Shown: positions 50,948-61,941, counted from the stretch's first letter. The stretch: 64,000 bases of DNA from an uncultured Thermoplasmatales archaeon (GCA_964527715.1 CAZGOD010000006.1:8060-72059); one strand, 5' to 3'. Notes: generated by a model not told the origin, from the letters alone. Made by a program: numbers and translations.

Positions 50948-52894
50948 ATGGGAAAAGGTATAGTTCAAAAGGTTTTAGAAGGACATATTGTAGAAGGTAA
51001 ATGGGAACCTGGTAAAGAAATCGCAATACAAATTGATCAAACTTTAACTCAGGATGCCACAGGCACTATGGCTTATCTTCAATTTGAAGCAATGGGTGCT
51101 CCACGTGTTAAAACCAAATTGTCGGTAAGTTATGTTGATCATAACACTGTTCAAATAGGATTTGAAAACGCGGATGACCATAAATATTTGCAGAGTGTAG
51201 CCACGAAATATGGTATTGTCTATTCGCGTGCGGGTAATGGTATCTGTCATCAGGTAAATCTGGAGCGTTTTGGCAGACCTGATTGGACTTTGCTTGGAAG
51301 TGATTCTCATACACCAACTGGTGGTGGAATTGGTATGGTCGCAATTGGTGCAGGTGGTCTTGATGTTGCTGTTGCGATGGCAGGTGGTCCGTTTTATTTA
51401 ACATGTCCAAAAGTCATAAAAGTTAATCTAAAAGGAAAGCTCAAACCATGGTGCGCTGCAAAAGATGTTGTACTTAAAATGCTTGAGATTTTTACAACCA
51501 AGGGTAACGTTGGTTGTGTTTTTGAATATGGTGGCGAAGGAGTAGAGACACTATCCGTTCCTGAGCGAGCTACAATTACTAATATGGGTGCAGAATGTGG
51601 CGTCACAACTTCTGTTTTTCCAAGTGATGAGACAACTAGAACTTTTTTAAAAGCTCAAAAACGTGAGAAAGACTGGGTTGAACTCAAGGCTGACCCAGAT
51701 GCAGAATATGAAAAAGTAATCGATCTTGATTTAAGTGAAATCGTTCCTCTAACAGCTTATCCGCATAGTCCAGGAAATATCAAAACTGTTAAAGAACTGG
51801 ATGGAATGGAAGTAGATCAGGTATGTCTGGGCAGTTGTACGAATTCTTCTTATAAGGATTTGATGACTGTTGCAAAAATTCTGAAGGGTAAAAAAGCCCA
51901 TCCGAATGTTAGCTTTGTTATTGCTCCAGGATCAAAACAAGTTCTAGAGAATATTGCCCGGGATGGAGGACTGACAGATCTTATATCTGCTGGTGCACGT
52001 ATTGCTGAGTCAGCATGTGGTTTTTGTATTGGAAATAGCCAGTCGCCTAAAACTGATGCAGTATCATTACGGACAAGTAATAGAAACTTTTTAGGACGAT
52101 CTGGGACAAAAAGTGCACAGGCTTATCTTGTTAGTCCTGAAACTGCTGCAGCCGCAGTAATAACTGGTAAGATGACTGACCCACGCGATCTTGAAAAAAT
52201 AGGAATATCTTATCCAGATGTGCAGATGCCTGAGAGTTTCTATATCGATGACAGCATGTTCATCTATCCACCTGAACACCCTGAACGTATAGAGATTTAT
52301 CGTGGACCGAATATTGGTGATCCGCCCGCTAGTTTACCACTGCCAAATACAATAACTGGGGAGGTGACAATCAAAGTAGAGGATCAAATCACCACTGATC
52401 ACATTATTCCTGCAGGTAGCAAAATGAAATACAGATCAAATGTACCAAAATACTCAGAATTTCTATTCGAGGTTGTTGATTCTAAATTCTACGAACGCGC
52501 AAAGAAGATACGCGACAGCGGAAAATCAAACATTTTTGTTGCTGGACTAAGTTACGGTCAAGGCTCATCTAGAGAACACGCAGCACTTTGTCCAATGTTC
52601 ATGGGGACAAGAGCAGTGATTGCTAAATCATTTGAGAGAATTCACACGGCGAATCTCATTAATTTTGGCATAATTCCATTGACATTCAAAAACGAAGGTG
52701 ATTACAACAAAATAGACCAAGGGGATGATATTGAAATACCAGATGTCAAAAATATCATTGGAAAAGGCGAAGGTTTGAAGGTGAAGAACAAGACAAAAGG
52801 AACTGAGTTTGAGGTTGATTATAATCTCTCAGATAGACAGCGAGAGATTATCCTTGCAGGTGGTACACTTGCATATATGAAAAATAAATCTTAA
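50948..52894 (+). CDS. acn: aconitate hydratase (aconitase family, catalytic plus swivel domains in one chain)
   Basis: TQDATGTMAYLQF and GSDSHTPTGGGIG aconitase motifs. Fe-S Cys ligands. 648 aa. Confidence 0.85.
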   Translation: MGKGIVQKVLEGHIVEGKWEPGKEIAIQIDQTLTQDATGTMAYLQFEAMGAPRVKTKLSVSYVDHNTVQIGFENADDHKYLQSVATKYGIVYSRAGNGICHQVNLERFGRPDWTLLGSDSHTPTGGGIGMVAIGAGGLDVAVAMAGGPFYLTCPKVIKVNLKGKLKPWCAAKDVVLKMLEIFTTKGNVGCVFEYGGEGVETLSVPERATITNMGAECGVTTSVFPSDETTRTFLKAQKREKDWVELKADPDAEYEKVIDLDLSEIVPLTAYPHSPGNIKTVKELDGMEVDQVCLGSCTNSSYKDLMTVAKILKGKKAHPNVSFVIAPGSKQVLENIARDGGLTDLISAGARIAESACGFCIGNSQSPKTDAVSLRTSNRNFLGRSGTKSAQAYLVSPETAAAAVITGKMTDPRDLEKIGISYPDVQMPESFYIDDSMFIYPPEHPERIEIYRGPNIGDPPASLPLPNTITGEVTIKVEDQITTDHIIPAGSKMKYRSNVPKYSEFLFEVVDSKFYERAKKIRDSGKSNIFVAGLSYGQGSSREHAALCPMFMGTRAVIAKSFERIHTANLINFGIIPLTFKNEGDYNKIDQGDDIEIPDVKNIIGKGEGLKVKNKTKGTEFEVDYNLSDRQREIILAGGTLAYMKNKS

Positions 52895-52919
52895 TGATGA
52901 GTTAGGGGGAAAATAGAAC

Positions 52920-54194
52920 ATGGCGCAAAGAGGAATAAGAGAATATGATGGGAAAAAAATGCTTGCAAAATATTGGTCTGAATATATTAGCAAGGATTTC
53001 AGTTTCCCAGGCAAAGTCGTCTTAGTTGATCCTAAGACAAAATTAGATGATTTACCAAAGAAACATAATTGGTTGAATACTGAGAAGCTAGTTGTAAAAC
53101 CTGATCAACTTTTTGGTAAACGAGGGAAGCACGGGCTCATAAAAGCTAATGTATCGTTTGCTGAGGTAAAGAAATGGATAAAAGAGCGGATGAATAAAGA
53201 TACAAAAGTTGGTAAAGTAACTGGCAAACTCACTCATTTTCTAATTGAACCATATGTGCTACATAAGGGGGAATTTTATGTGGCTATCAAAAGCAATCGC
53301 GATGGAGATGCTATTTATTTCTCAAATCATGGCGGCGTTGACATTGAGTCAGTATGGGACACAGTAGCAGAAATCCAGATTGGTGTTGAAGAAGATATTG
53401 GCAAGGTTAATGTTGAAAGCAAACTTCCTAAGGATACTCCAAAAGATAAAAAGAAGATGTTCGCTGATTTTATCAAGGGATTGTTTAAATTCTACAGAGA
53501 TCTTAATTATGCATATCTTGAAATTAACCCATTTGTTGTATCAGATAAAGACATAGTACCATTAGATCTTGTAGCGAGAATTGATGACACAGGGCATTTT
53601 GAAAGCAGTGATAAATGGGGCGACTTGCCGTTCCCTGCGCCATTTGGAAGAAAGTTATCAAAAGAAGAAAAATTCATTAAGATGATGGATGAAAAAAGCG
53701 GCGCTTCGTTAAAACTTACAGTTCTCAACCCAAAAGGTCGTGTTTGGACTATGGTCGCAGGCGGTGGAGGTAGTGTGATTTACACGGATACGATTGTTGA
53801 TCTGGGCTACCGAGATGAGCTCGCAAACTATGGAGAATACAGTGGAAACCCAACAACAGATCTTACATATGAGTATGCAAAAACCATTCTGGATCTTATG
53901 ACGCGAGAAAAAGATCCGAAAGGCCGTCCTAAGTTTCTACTAGTTGGTGGTGGAATTGCAAACTTTACAGATGTTGCAAAAACATTTACAGGTATTACAA
54001 TGGCATTGCGTGATTACAAGAAAAAACTCAAGGATACTAATGTAAAAATTTACGTTCGACGCGGTGGACCAAACTACCAAGAAGGTCTTCGGATTATGAA
54101 AGATCTTGGAAAAGAACTAGGAGTTCCAATTGATGTATATGGTCCAGAAACACATATGACGCGTATTGTTGATATGGCATTAGGGGGAAAATAA
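52920..54194 (+). CDS. aclB: ATP-citrate lyase, beta (small, ATP-grasp) subunit
   Basis: Strong collinearity with the N-terminal part of ACLY (LVVKPDQLFGKRGKHGLI, FLIEPYV.H..EFYV.I). Confidence 0.85.
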   Translation: MAQRGIREYDGKKMLAKYWSEYISKDFSFPGKVVLVDPKTKLDDLPKKHNWLNTEKLVVKPDQLFGKRGKHGLIKANVSFAEVKKWIKERMNKDTKVGKVTGKLTHFLIEPYVLHKGEFYVAIKSNRDGDAIYFSNHGGVDIESVWDTVAEIQIGVEEDIGKVNVESKLPKDTPKDKKKMFADFIKGLFKFYRDLNYAYLEINPFVVSDKDIVPLDLVARIDDTGHFESSDKWGDLPFPAPFGRKLSKEEKFIKMMDEKSGASLKLTVLNPKGRVWTMVAGGGGSVIYTDTIVDLGYRDELANYGEYSGNPTTDLTYEYAKTILDLMTREKDPKGRPKFLLVGGGIANFTDVAKTFTGITMALRDYKKKLKDTNVKIYVRRGGPNYQEGLRIMKDLGKELGVPIDVYGPETHMTRIVDMALGGK

Positions 54195-56089
54195 TGGAGG
54201 CGATTACTGTGACAAAAACTAAATCTCAATCTAAGAAACAAAACAAGGATTATATTATAATGGATAAAAACACCAAAGCAATTGTTTTTGGTTATCAGCA
54301 AAGAGCAATACAGCGGATGCTTGATTTTGACTACATCTGTAGACGTGAAGAACCATCAGTTGCAATAATTGTAAATCCAACCCGTGATGGAATGCATAAA
54401 TGTTTCTGGGGAACTAAAGAAACTCTTATACCAATGGTTCGAACACTATCCGAAGCAACTAAAATGCATCCTGAAGCTGATTTCATGGTTAACTTTGCAA
54501 GTTTCCGATCAGCATATGAAACATCCAAAGAAGCTCTTGAAACAAAATCTATTCGTTCGGTTGCAATAATTGCAGAAGGCGTTCCAGAACGTAGGACAAA
54601 AGAACTTATCAAAATTGCAAAAGAAAAAAATAAATGGATTATTGGCCCTGCGACTGTCGGTGGAATAGCTGCTGGTGGATTTAGAATAGGTAATACTGCT
54701 GGAATGCTTGATAACATTGTTGCATCAAAGCTTCACCGTGCTGGTAGTGTTGCATATGTTTCAAAATCAGGTGGTCTTTCAAATGAATTAAACAACATTA
54801 TTGCTATGAACACTGATGGAGTTTATGAGGGAGTTGCAATAGGTGGAGATCGATACCCAGGTTCAACGTTTATAGATCATATTATGCGTTATGAAGCAAA
54901 CCCAGATATTAAAATGATAGTTCTACTTGGCGAAGTCGGTGGGGGAGATGAATACGTAGTAGTAGATGCTATGAAGAAAGGAAAAATCAAAAAACCAATA
55001 GTTGCCTGGTGTATAGGAACTTGTTCGAAAGTGTTCCCTGCCGAAGTTCAGTTTGGACATGCTGGTGCACGGGCAGGTGCTGACCGGGAAACAGCTGATG
55101 CCAAAAACAAAGCACTCAAAGACGCGGGTGCTTATGTTCCAACTAGTTTTGATGATTTCGATGAACAAATCAAAAAAGCATATACTAAACTAGTAAAATC
55201 CGGTAAACACAAACCTATACCTGATGTAGAACCACCAACAATACCACTTGATTATGCCGTTGCTTTAAAACAAGGAATAATAAGAAAGCCTGCACAATTC
55301 ATAAGCACAATTTCTGATGATCGTGGCGAAGAACTAAGATACTGTGGAGTTAAAATAAGCAAAATCTTTGAAGAAAAATGGGGTCTTGGTGGAGTAATTG
55401 GACTTCTGTGGTTTAAGAAAAACCTTCCACCATGGGCTAGAGAGTTTATCGAAAGAGTAGTTCTACTCACAGCTGACCATGGCCCAGCAGTATCTGGTGC
55501 ACATAACAGTATTGTTGCATCACGTGCAGGTAAAGATCTTATATCATCACTTGTAAGTGGACTTCTAACAATTGGCCCTCGTTTTGGAGGAGCTGTACAA
55601 GGAAGTGCAGAGCATTTTACAAAATATCTATACGCAGGTGAAGAACCGAGCTTCATGGTAAAAGACATGAAGAGCAAAAACGTAAACATCCAAGGAATAG
55701 GTCACAGGATTAAATCAGTTACAAACCCTGATGTTCGAGTGACAATTATGGTAGATTTTGCAAAGAAAAACTTCCCGGTGACAGAAACTCTTGACTACGC
55801 GCTTTCAGTAGAAAAACTTACAACATCCAAGAGAAACAACCTAATTTTAAATGTTGATGGATGTATCGGTGTTTTATGTTGTGATATGTTACGTGGAATA
55901 GGATACACTCGTGAGGAAGTCCGGGAATTTGTTCAGCTTGGAATTCTTAACGCGTTTTTCGTTCTTGGACGAAGTATTGGTTTTATGGGACATATAATGG
56001 ATCAGAAACGTTTGAAATCCGGGCTGTATAGACATCCATGGGATGATATACAATATATGATGCCTGATAAACCTGAGGTGGTGAAATAA
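54194..56089 (+). CDS. aclA: ATP-citrate lyase, alpha (large; CoA-binding plus citrate-synthase-like) subunit
   Basis: TKAIVFGYQQRAIQRMLDFDYIC and catalytic His segment QFGHAGA match ACLY. ATG overlaps the aclB stop (TAATG). Confidence 0.85.
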   Translation: MEAITVTKTKSQSKKQNKDYIIMDKNTKAIVFGYQQRAIQRMLDFDYICRREEPSVAIIVNPTRDGMHKCFWGTKETLIPMVRTLSEATKMHPEADFMVNFASFRSAYETSKEALETKSIRSVAIIAEGVPERRTKELIKIAKEKNKWIIGPATVGGIAAGGFRIGNTAGMLDNIVASKLHRAGSVAYVSKSGGLSNELNNIIAMNTDGVYEGVAIGGDRYPGSTFIDHIMRYEANPDIKMIVLLGEVGGGDEYVVVDAMKKGKIKKPIVAWCIGTCSKVFPAEVQFGHAGARAGADRETADAKNKALKDAGAYVPTSFDDFDEQIKKAYTKLVKSGKHKPIPDVEPPTIPLDYAVALKQGIIRKPAQFISTISDDRGEELRYCGVKISKIFEEKWGLGGVIGLLWFKKNLPPWAREFIERVVLLTADHGPAVSGAHNSIVASRAGKDLISSLVSGLLTIGPRFGGAVQGSAEHFTKYLYAGEEPSFMVKDMKSKNVNIQGIGHRIKSVTNPDVRVTIMVDFAKKNFPVTETLDYALSVEKLTTSKRNNLILNVDGCIGVLCCDMLRGIGYTREEVREFVQLGILNAFFVLGRSIGFMGHIMDQKRLKSGLYRHPWDDIQYMMPDKPEVVK

Positions 56090-56092
56090 GAT

Positions 56093-57313
56093 ATGATGGA
56101 AGGGGTAAGTATGGTAGATACAAAATCTATTGAAAATGCAAAAGAACATTTTGGCAAAATAGTTACCGAACAGCTTGAACGTGTAGAACGTATGAAAGCT
56201 GGGGACGATTGGATAGATTACAATCAGTTGAAACCGATCATAATAGGCGTAGTTGGTGGAGATGGCATAGGTCCATTTATTTGTAAACACGCCCATCGGA
56301 TCCTAGAGTTTCTCCTTGATGACGAAGTGAAAAATGGCAAGATTGAGTTCCGTGTGATCGAAGGTCTTACTATTGAGAATCGGGCTAAAGTGATGAAGGC
56401 AATACCTGATGACGTTCTTGAAGAAATCAAGAAATGCCATGTGTTACTGAAAGGACCAACTACAACTCCAAAGAAAGGAGATCCGTGGCCGAATATTGAG
56501 AGCGCAAATGTGTTTATGAGGCGGGCGCTTGACTTATTTGCAAATGTTAGACCAGTAAGAGTTCCTGAGCATAATATAGACTGGATTTTCTTCAGAGAGA
56601 ATACTGAAGGGGCATATGTTCTAGGTAGCAGGGGTGTTAATGTCACTGATGATCTAGCAGTGGATTTCAAAGTGATTACAACACAGGGCGCAGATCGTAT
56701 CATTCGTCTGGCTTTTGACTATGCAAAAAAGAATGCTATAAACAAAGTAACTGTGGTTACAAAAGCAAACGTGGTCAAAACCACCGATGGAAAATTCCTT
56801 AACATGGCTGAACAAGTTGCCAAGGAATATCCTAGTGTAGAATGGGATGACTGGTTCATCGACATAATGACCGCGAAACTCATTGATCCTGCACGCCGAT
56901 CTCAGTTTAGAGTAATTGTGCTTCCAAATCTCTATGGCGACATATGCACTGATGAGGCAGCACAGATTCAGGGTGGAGTCGGAACTGCAGGTAGTGCTAA
57001 CATCGGGAAGAGGTATGCAATGTTTGAAGCCATACATGGTTCAGCACCAAGAATGGTTAATGAAGGTCGAGCAAAATATGCTGACCCTTCAAGTATTATC
57101 AAAGGTGCAGCAATGCTTCTAAACCATGTTGGTTACCCTGAGAAATCCAAGAAACTTGAGATGGCACTTGATGTCTGCAGTCAGTTTGAAAAGAAAATAA
57201 AACTAACCGGGCGAGATGATGGCGCTACTGGTGAAGAATACGCCAAGTATATCATGGATACCGTAACAGATCCAGATCTAGAAAATAAGTGGAATAGCTA
57301 CCAAAAAAAGTAG
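56093..57313 (+). CDS. icd: isocitrate dehydrogenase (isocitrate/isopropylmalate dehydrogenase family)
   Basis: GGDGIGP, LKGPTTTP, RPV, FRENTEG and NLYGDI.TD motifs collinear with prokaryotic NADP-IDH. Confidence 0.8.
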   Translation: MMEGVSMVDTKSIENAKEHFGKIVTEQLERVERMKAGDDWIDYNQLKPIIIGVVGGDGIGPFICKHAHRILEFLLDDEVKNGKIEFRVIEGLTIENRAKVMKAIPDDVLEEIKKCHVLLKGPTTTPKKGDPWPNIESANVFMRRALDLFANVRPVRVPEHNIDWIFFRENTEGAYVLGSRGVNVTDDLAVDFKVITTQGADRIIRLAFDYAKKNAINKVTVVTKANVVKTTDGKFLNMAEQVAKEYPSVEWDDWFIDIMTAKLIDPARRSQFRVIVLPNLYGDICTDEAAQIQGGVGTAGSANIGKRYAMFEAIHGSAPRMVNEGRAKYADPSSIIKGAAMLLNHVGYPEKSKKLEMALDVCSQFEKKIKLTGRDDGATGEEYAKYIMDTVTDPDLENKWNSYQKK

Positions 57314-57353
57314 AATAAAAACTATAAATATATAAACCATATAGAAGCATCAG

Positions 57354-57677
57354 ATGGGTAAGCTTAAAAGTGCTGTAAAAAAGAGCCTAGATGGTGCTAC
57401 TCTTAATCTTTTTATTACGCCAAATGCCGATACTACCATTTTTCCAGCAGGTTTTAACGAATGGCGTAGCAGAATAGAGGTAAAGATCCGTTCACCTGCG
57501 AAAGATAACCTGGCAAACCTTGAGGTTATTAAAAAAGTTGCAAAATTCTTCAACAAACCCATAAAAAATGTATATGTTATATCTGGTAAAAAAACCAAGG
57601 AGAAAACTGTTTTAGTTAAAGATGTCACTGTGAGTATAGTGGTTAAAAAGTTGAGGGAATCATTAGATGGATTATGA
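57354..57677 (+). CDS. DUF167/YggU-family protein
   Basis: 107 aa. Pattern LNLFITPNA...IEVKIRSPAKDNLAN...ISGKKTKEK resembles DUF167. Confidence 0.5.
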   Translation: MGKLKSAVKKSLDGATLNLFITPNADTTIFPAGFNEWRSRIEVKIRSPAKDNLANLEVIKKVAKFFNKPIKNVYVISGKKTKEKTVLVKDVTVSIVVKKLRESLDGL

Positions 57678-58068
57678 AAAATCCTTGGAAGAGCTAGAGA
57701 AAATAATTCTAGAGCTTTATGAGGAGAATAAAAAGGTTCCTATCGTTGTTGAGGGTGATAAAGATGTACAGGCTCTACGTAAACTGGGTATAGATGGTAG
57801 GATTATTAGTGCTAATATGGGTGTTTCTATTACTGGTTTTTGTGATAAACTTGCTAAAGATTTCAAGGAGATTATTATTTTAACTGATTGGGATAGGAGA
57901 GGTGGGTTTCTTTGTCATGCTATTAAGAAAAATCTTGAAGGGCGTGTGAGTTGTAATACGCGTTATAGGAAGTTTTTTGCTAAGAATTCAATGATCAGGA
58001 CTCTTGAGGGTTTGCCTTCTTGGATTGATACTATGAAAGAGAGAACGATGAATAGGTCAAAGAAATAA
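57667..58068 (+). CDS. small Toprim-like domain protein
   Basis: VVEGDKD...ILTDWDRRG acidic motifs spaced like a Toprim fold. 133 aa. Confidence 0.35.
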   Translation: MDYEKSLEELEKIILELYEENKKVPIVVEGDKDVQALRKLGIDGRIISANMGVSITGFCDKLAKDFKEIIILTDWDRRGGFLCHAIKKNLEGRVSCNTRYRKFFAKNSMIRTLEGLPSWIDTMKERTMNRSKK

Positions 58069-58304
58069 TAAAAAAAAGTTTGTAGGATGGGGTGTTTCGA
58101 TGAAGCCCAGTGAGGAATCTTCAGAATTATATCTATCATCCCATCCGTATTTTGAATAGGAGGTAATATATGTATTTAAATTTTGCCTTAAAATGTATAG
58201 ACAATTGACGAAGATATATGTTGTAGATTTTAGACTATATATTTAATAACAAGATAAGAGAATATTTGAAACTAAGGTTATATTTCCGACTAGAAACAAA
58301 GGTT

Positions 58305-58712
58305 TTATTTTAACCCATATTTAGTCTGTGGTTTCTTGGGTTTTTCTTTTTTCGCGTTTATTTTTCCTTCCCTAGCAAGCCATCCAATAGCACAATTACC
58401 CTCGTTATCAGAAACACCTGCTAATTTTGGGACATATGGTGCATCAACGTATCCTATTTTATCAAGTGTCTTCCAGATTTTACCAGCAGTTCTACCAATT
58501 TCGTTTTCTAAGTTAGTTTCACCAAGATAGTATCGGCCACCTGTTTTATAGATCTTATTTTCCTTTGCTAACCAACCAACAGCTACATAGAAATCTTCCT
58601 CATCGAGTTTTGTATTTTTCATAATTTTATTTGGCGTTAGCGGACCATGTGTATCAAGCATTTCCCATATTTTACCAGCGTTTCGACCAAAATTATCGAT
58701 AACTTTACTCAT
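58305..58712 (-). CDS. tandem winged-helix protein (DUF2582-like)
   Basis: Internal duplication: NAGKIWEML...VAVGWLAKENKI and TAGKIWKTL...CAIGWLAREGKI. Confidence 0.5.
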   Translation of the reverse strand: MSKVIDNFGRNAGKIWEMLDTHGPLTPNKIMKNTKLDEEDFYVAVGWLAKENKIYKTGGRYYLGETNLENEIGRTAGKIWKTLDKIGYVDAPYVPKLAGVSDNEGNCAIGWLAREGKINAKKEKPKKPQTKYGLK

Positions 58713-59085
58713 ATCATTCCCATCCTCAAAATAGCTGTATAGAATTAAATCGTTATATAGATTATGCTAATAGTTTAAGATCATGGTGAAAGGAAATCTT
58801 AATTACATGCTTTTTAGATTTTTATTATGAGGAGTGAAAGAAGATTGAGTCTGTTATCAGTGATGTGCCCAACATGTGGGCGGAAGGTTAAAAAAACAGA
58901 TTTAATGTTAGTTGAAACTAAAGCTAGAACTAGGGTTAAATGCTGTGAAAATTGTAGAAAATATTTTGTAATAGTAAAAGTGATAAAATAATAATATTGG
59001 AATGGTGAATGTTTTATGATTATTAATCGTATAGATGAGATTATTTATCTAGACTAATGTCCAAAAAACTAGATATCTAATTTTT

Positions 59086-61059
59086 TTATACAGTTTCATC
59101 AACCATTGGAATAAGTTGTTTATCTTTGAAACCACGTTGTTGCATAGCACCAGAGGGACAAGTACATACACATGCTCCGCAACCCATACAAAGAGCCTCA
59201 TTTACCTTGGCATGAGATTTATCCTTTTCTTTAACAAGGTCTATCGCGTTATAGGCACAAACTGATATACAGGTAGCACAACCAGAACACAAGTCCTCAT
59301 CAACACATGAAACAAGTGGCTCAGCCTCAAGTTCCTTCTTAGAGAGAATGTTCGCTGCACGAGCTGATGCACCGCTAGCCTGAGCAACACTATCCTGGAT
59401 ATCCTTCGGAGCTTGGCAACAACCCGCAATAAATATCCCACCAGTGAATGTATCCATCGGACGTAACTTCGGATGAGCCTCAAGTAGGAACCCATCAGCG
59501 CTCTGTGAAATACGTAAAATACGGGCGAATTCATCTGCATCAGCACGTGGTACAAGTGCTGGAACAAGAACAACTAGGTCAGTGTTAATCTCAAAGAGTT
59601 TATTCGTAGTAGTATCAAAAATATCAATAGTTAGATGATCGCCAGCGTTTCTCACCTCAGATGGGCGACCTCTGAAAAAGTTCGTCTTCATCCCACGGAT
59701 CCTCCTATAAAATTCTTCATATCCTTTACCGAAACTACGGATATCAGTGTAACAAATATTTATCTCAACATCATCACCAAGGTTCTCCTTAAGCAAATAA
59801 ACATGTTTAAGAGCGCTCATACAACCTATACGGCAGCACCAATCATGTTCTGTTTCATCCCGTGAGCCAACACATAGAACATATGTAATACTCTTAGGTT
59901 TCTCACCATTAGAAGGTCTAAGAATCTCACCATCAGTGGGACCTGAGGAGCTAATAAGTCGCTCCATTTCAAGCGTTGTAATAACATCAGGTGAACGAGC
60001 GTAACCATACTCATACATAGCAGAGGTATCCATCACATCATAACCAGTAGCAACAACTATAGCCCCAACCTTAAGTTCAACTTCCTTATCTTTTTGTTTA
60101 AAATCAATGGCACCAGCTTCACATGCCTCTACACAGAGAGGCCCTGTACCACATTTACCACGAGTAAGCATAAGACAATGATCCCGGTCAACAGTACATT
60201 TAAGTGGAACAGCCTGTGGAAACGGCATATATATCGCACTACGTTTCCCCATACCCATGTCAAACTCACTAGTAACACGATCTTTAAGCCTGCAAGCATC
60301 AACACAGTCACCACAACCAGTACATTTATCCATATCAACATAACGAGCTTTCTTCTTCACCTTAACAACATAGTTACCAATACTACCATCAACACCCATA
60401 ACCTCCGAATAAGCCAGAAGCTCAATATTTGGATGATTCGCAACTTCCATCATCTTCGGCGTCAAAATACAACTAGAGCAATCAAGCGTTGGAAAAGTCT
60501 TATCAAGCTGAGCCATTCGCCCACCAATACTCGGGGTTTTCTCAACGAGATACACTTTATGACCCTGCTCAGCGAGATCCAAAGCAGACTGAATACCAGC
60601 AATACCACCACCAACAACCATAGCCGCTGGTGTCACCTTAATCTTTGATGTCTGAAGAGGCTCTAAAAACTTAGCCTTAGCAACAGCACCACGAACTATA
60701 ACCTCAGCTTTACAAGTCGCACGCTCCTTATCATCATGCACCCAGGAACATTGCTCACGAATATTAGCAATCTCAAGATTAAAAGCATTCACACCTCCAG
60801 ACTCTACAACACCACGGAAAGTATGCTCATGCATCCTAGGGCTACAACATGCGACAACAACACCATCAAGCTTATGCTTCTTAATAGACTCCTTAATAAG
60901 ATTAGCACCCACATCAGAGCACATATACTTGTAATCCTTACTAACAACCATCCCATCCAAAGTCTTAGCATAATCAATAAGATGCTTCACATCAACAACA
61001 GAAGCAATATTAATACCACAATGACAAACAAAAACACCAATCCGTCTACTCATAATCAC
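59086..61059 (-). CDS. hdrA: heterodisulfide reductase subunit A (flavin/Fe-S; HdrA)
   Basis: N-terminus IGVFVCHCGINIA. FAD-binding VVGGGIAG. Multiple 4Fe-4S ferredoxin CxxCxxCxxxC motifs. 657 aa. Confidence 0.9.
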   Translation of the reverse strand: MIMSRRIGVFVCHCGINIASVVDVKHLIDYAKTLDGMVVSKDYKYMCSDVGANLIKESIKKHKLDGVVVACCSPRMHEHTFRGVVESGGVNAFNLEIANIREQCSWVHDDKERATCKAEVIVRGAVAKAKFLEPLQTSKIKVTPAAMVVGGGIAGIQSALDLAEQGHKVYLVEKTPSIGGRMAQLDKTFPTLDCSSCILTPKMMEVANHPNIELLAYSEVMGVDGSIGNYVVKVKKKARYVDMDKCTGCGDCVDACRLKDRVTSEFDMGMGKRSAIYMPFPQAVPLKCTVDRDHCLMLTRGKCGTGPLCVEACEAGAIDFKQKDKEVELKVGAIVVATGYDVMDTSAMYEYGYARSPDVITTLEMERLISSSGPTDGEILRPSNGEKPKSITYVLCVGSRDETEHDWCCRIGCMSALKHVYLLKENLGDDVEINICYTDIRSFGKGYEEFYRRIRGMKTNFFRGRPSEVRNAGDHLTIDIFDTTTNKLFEINTDLVVLVPALVPRADADEFARILRISQSADGFLLEAHPKLRPMDTFTGGIFIAGCCQAPKDIQDSVAQASGASARAANILSKKELEAEPLVSCVDEDLCSGCATCISVCAYNAIDLVKEKDKSHAKVNEALCMGCGACVCTCPSGAMQQRGFKDKQLIPMVDETV

Positions 61060-61928
61060 TTGCCCCCTAGTTTTAGCTTGTCAACAGGGCTAAGATTCAA
61101 ATCAAAACCCAACTTCTCATGGTTAACACCAAAAGCAACACCCAGTAGCTGCGTAAGATAAACCACAGGTACATCCAGCTTCGCTGCAACCGTCTCACCA
61201 GCTTTCACCTGCCTAGCATCATACTGTTTATGGCACCATGGACAAGTATCAACAAAAACATCAAAACCATACTCCTGAACCTTCTGAAGCTTCTGACCAG
61301 TTTTAGTAAGAGCAGACTCAGGGAGATTAGCATTAAGAAGCGCACCACAACAATCAAGTTTCTCAGGGTAATACTCTGGGTTCGCACCAATAGCTTTCAA
61401 AAGCTCCTCCATCTTCTGAGGATTCTCAGAATCATCAGAACGCCCAATTTCACTCGGCCGGATAAGATGACAACCATAATGAGTAGCTACTTTCAAATCC
61501 TTCAACGGCTTCTTCACGAGCTCCTTAATCTTATCAACACCAACAACATCATACAATAAATCAAGAATACTCATCACACTAGAAGTACCAGTGTACTTAA
61601 GTCCTTCATCAACGAGATTTTTATTAACACGCTCACTCATCTTAGGGTCGGTATCTAAAACACGTTTACACTCTGTAAAAGCCAGATGACAGAGAGGACA
61701 CGGTGCAAAAACATCTAAACCCTCCTTTTCAGCTATCGCAAGATTACGAGCAGCAAGGGTAAGTGTAAGAAACTGATTAACACTTTTTATAGGTTCACCA
61801 CAACAAGAAAAACCTTTCAAATCAACTAACTCAACACCAAGTTTTGGAAAGATCTCACGAATTGACATCTCATAAGCATACTGCTCAGTTGACATCACGC
61901 AACCAGGATAAAGCGCATATTTCGTCAT
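61056..61928 (-). CDS. hdrB: heterodisulfide reductase subunit B (CCG domains; HdrB)
   Basis: Two cysteine-rich CCG-type domains (YPGC...CCG..., C..C). Start set at MTKYALYPGC. Confidence 0.85.
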   Translation of the reverse strand: MTKYALYPGCVMSTEQYAYEMSIREIFPKLGVELVDLKGFSCCGEPIKSVNQFLTLTLAARNLAIAEKEGLDVFAPCPLCHLAFTECKRVLDTDPKMSERVNKNLVDEGLKYTGTSSVMSILDLLYDVVGVDKIKELVKKPLKDLKVATHYGCHLIRPSEIGRSDDSENPQKMEELLKAIGANPEYYPEKLDCCGALLNANLPESALTKTGQKLQKVQEYGFDVFVDTCPWCHKQYDARQVKAGETVAAKLDVPVVYLTQLLGVAFGVNHEKLGFDLNLSPVDKLKLGGK

Positions 61929-61941
61929 CTTAAAAACCCCA

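Noticed and set aside
60094-61161. Two plus-strand ORFs (184 and 141 aa)
   Set aside because: Antisense to hdrA. Thr/Asn/His-rich nonsense composition.
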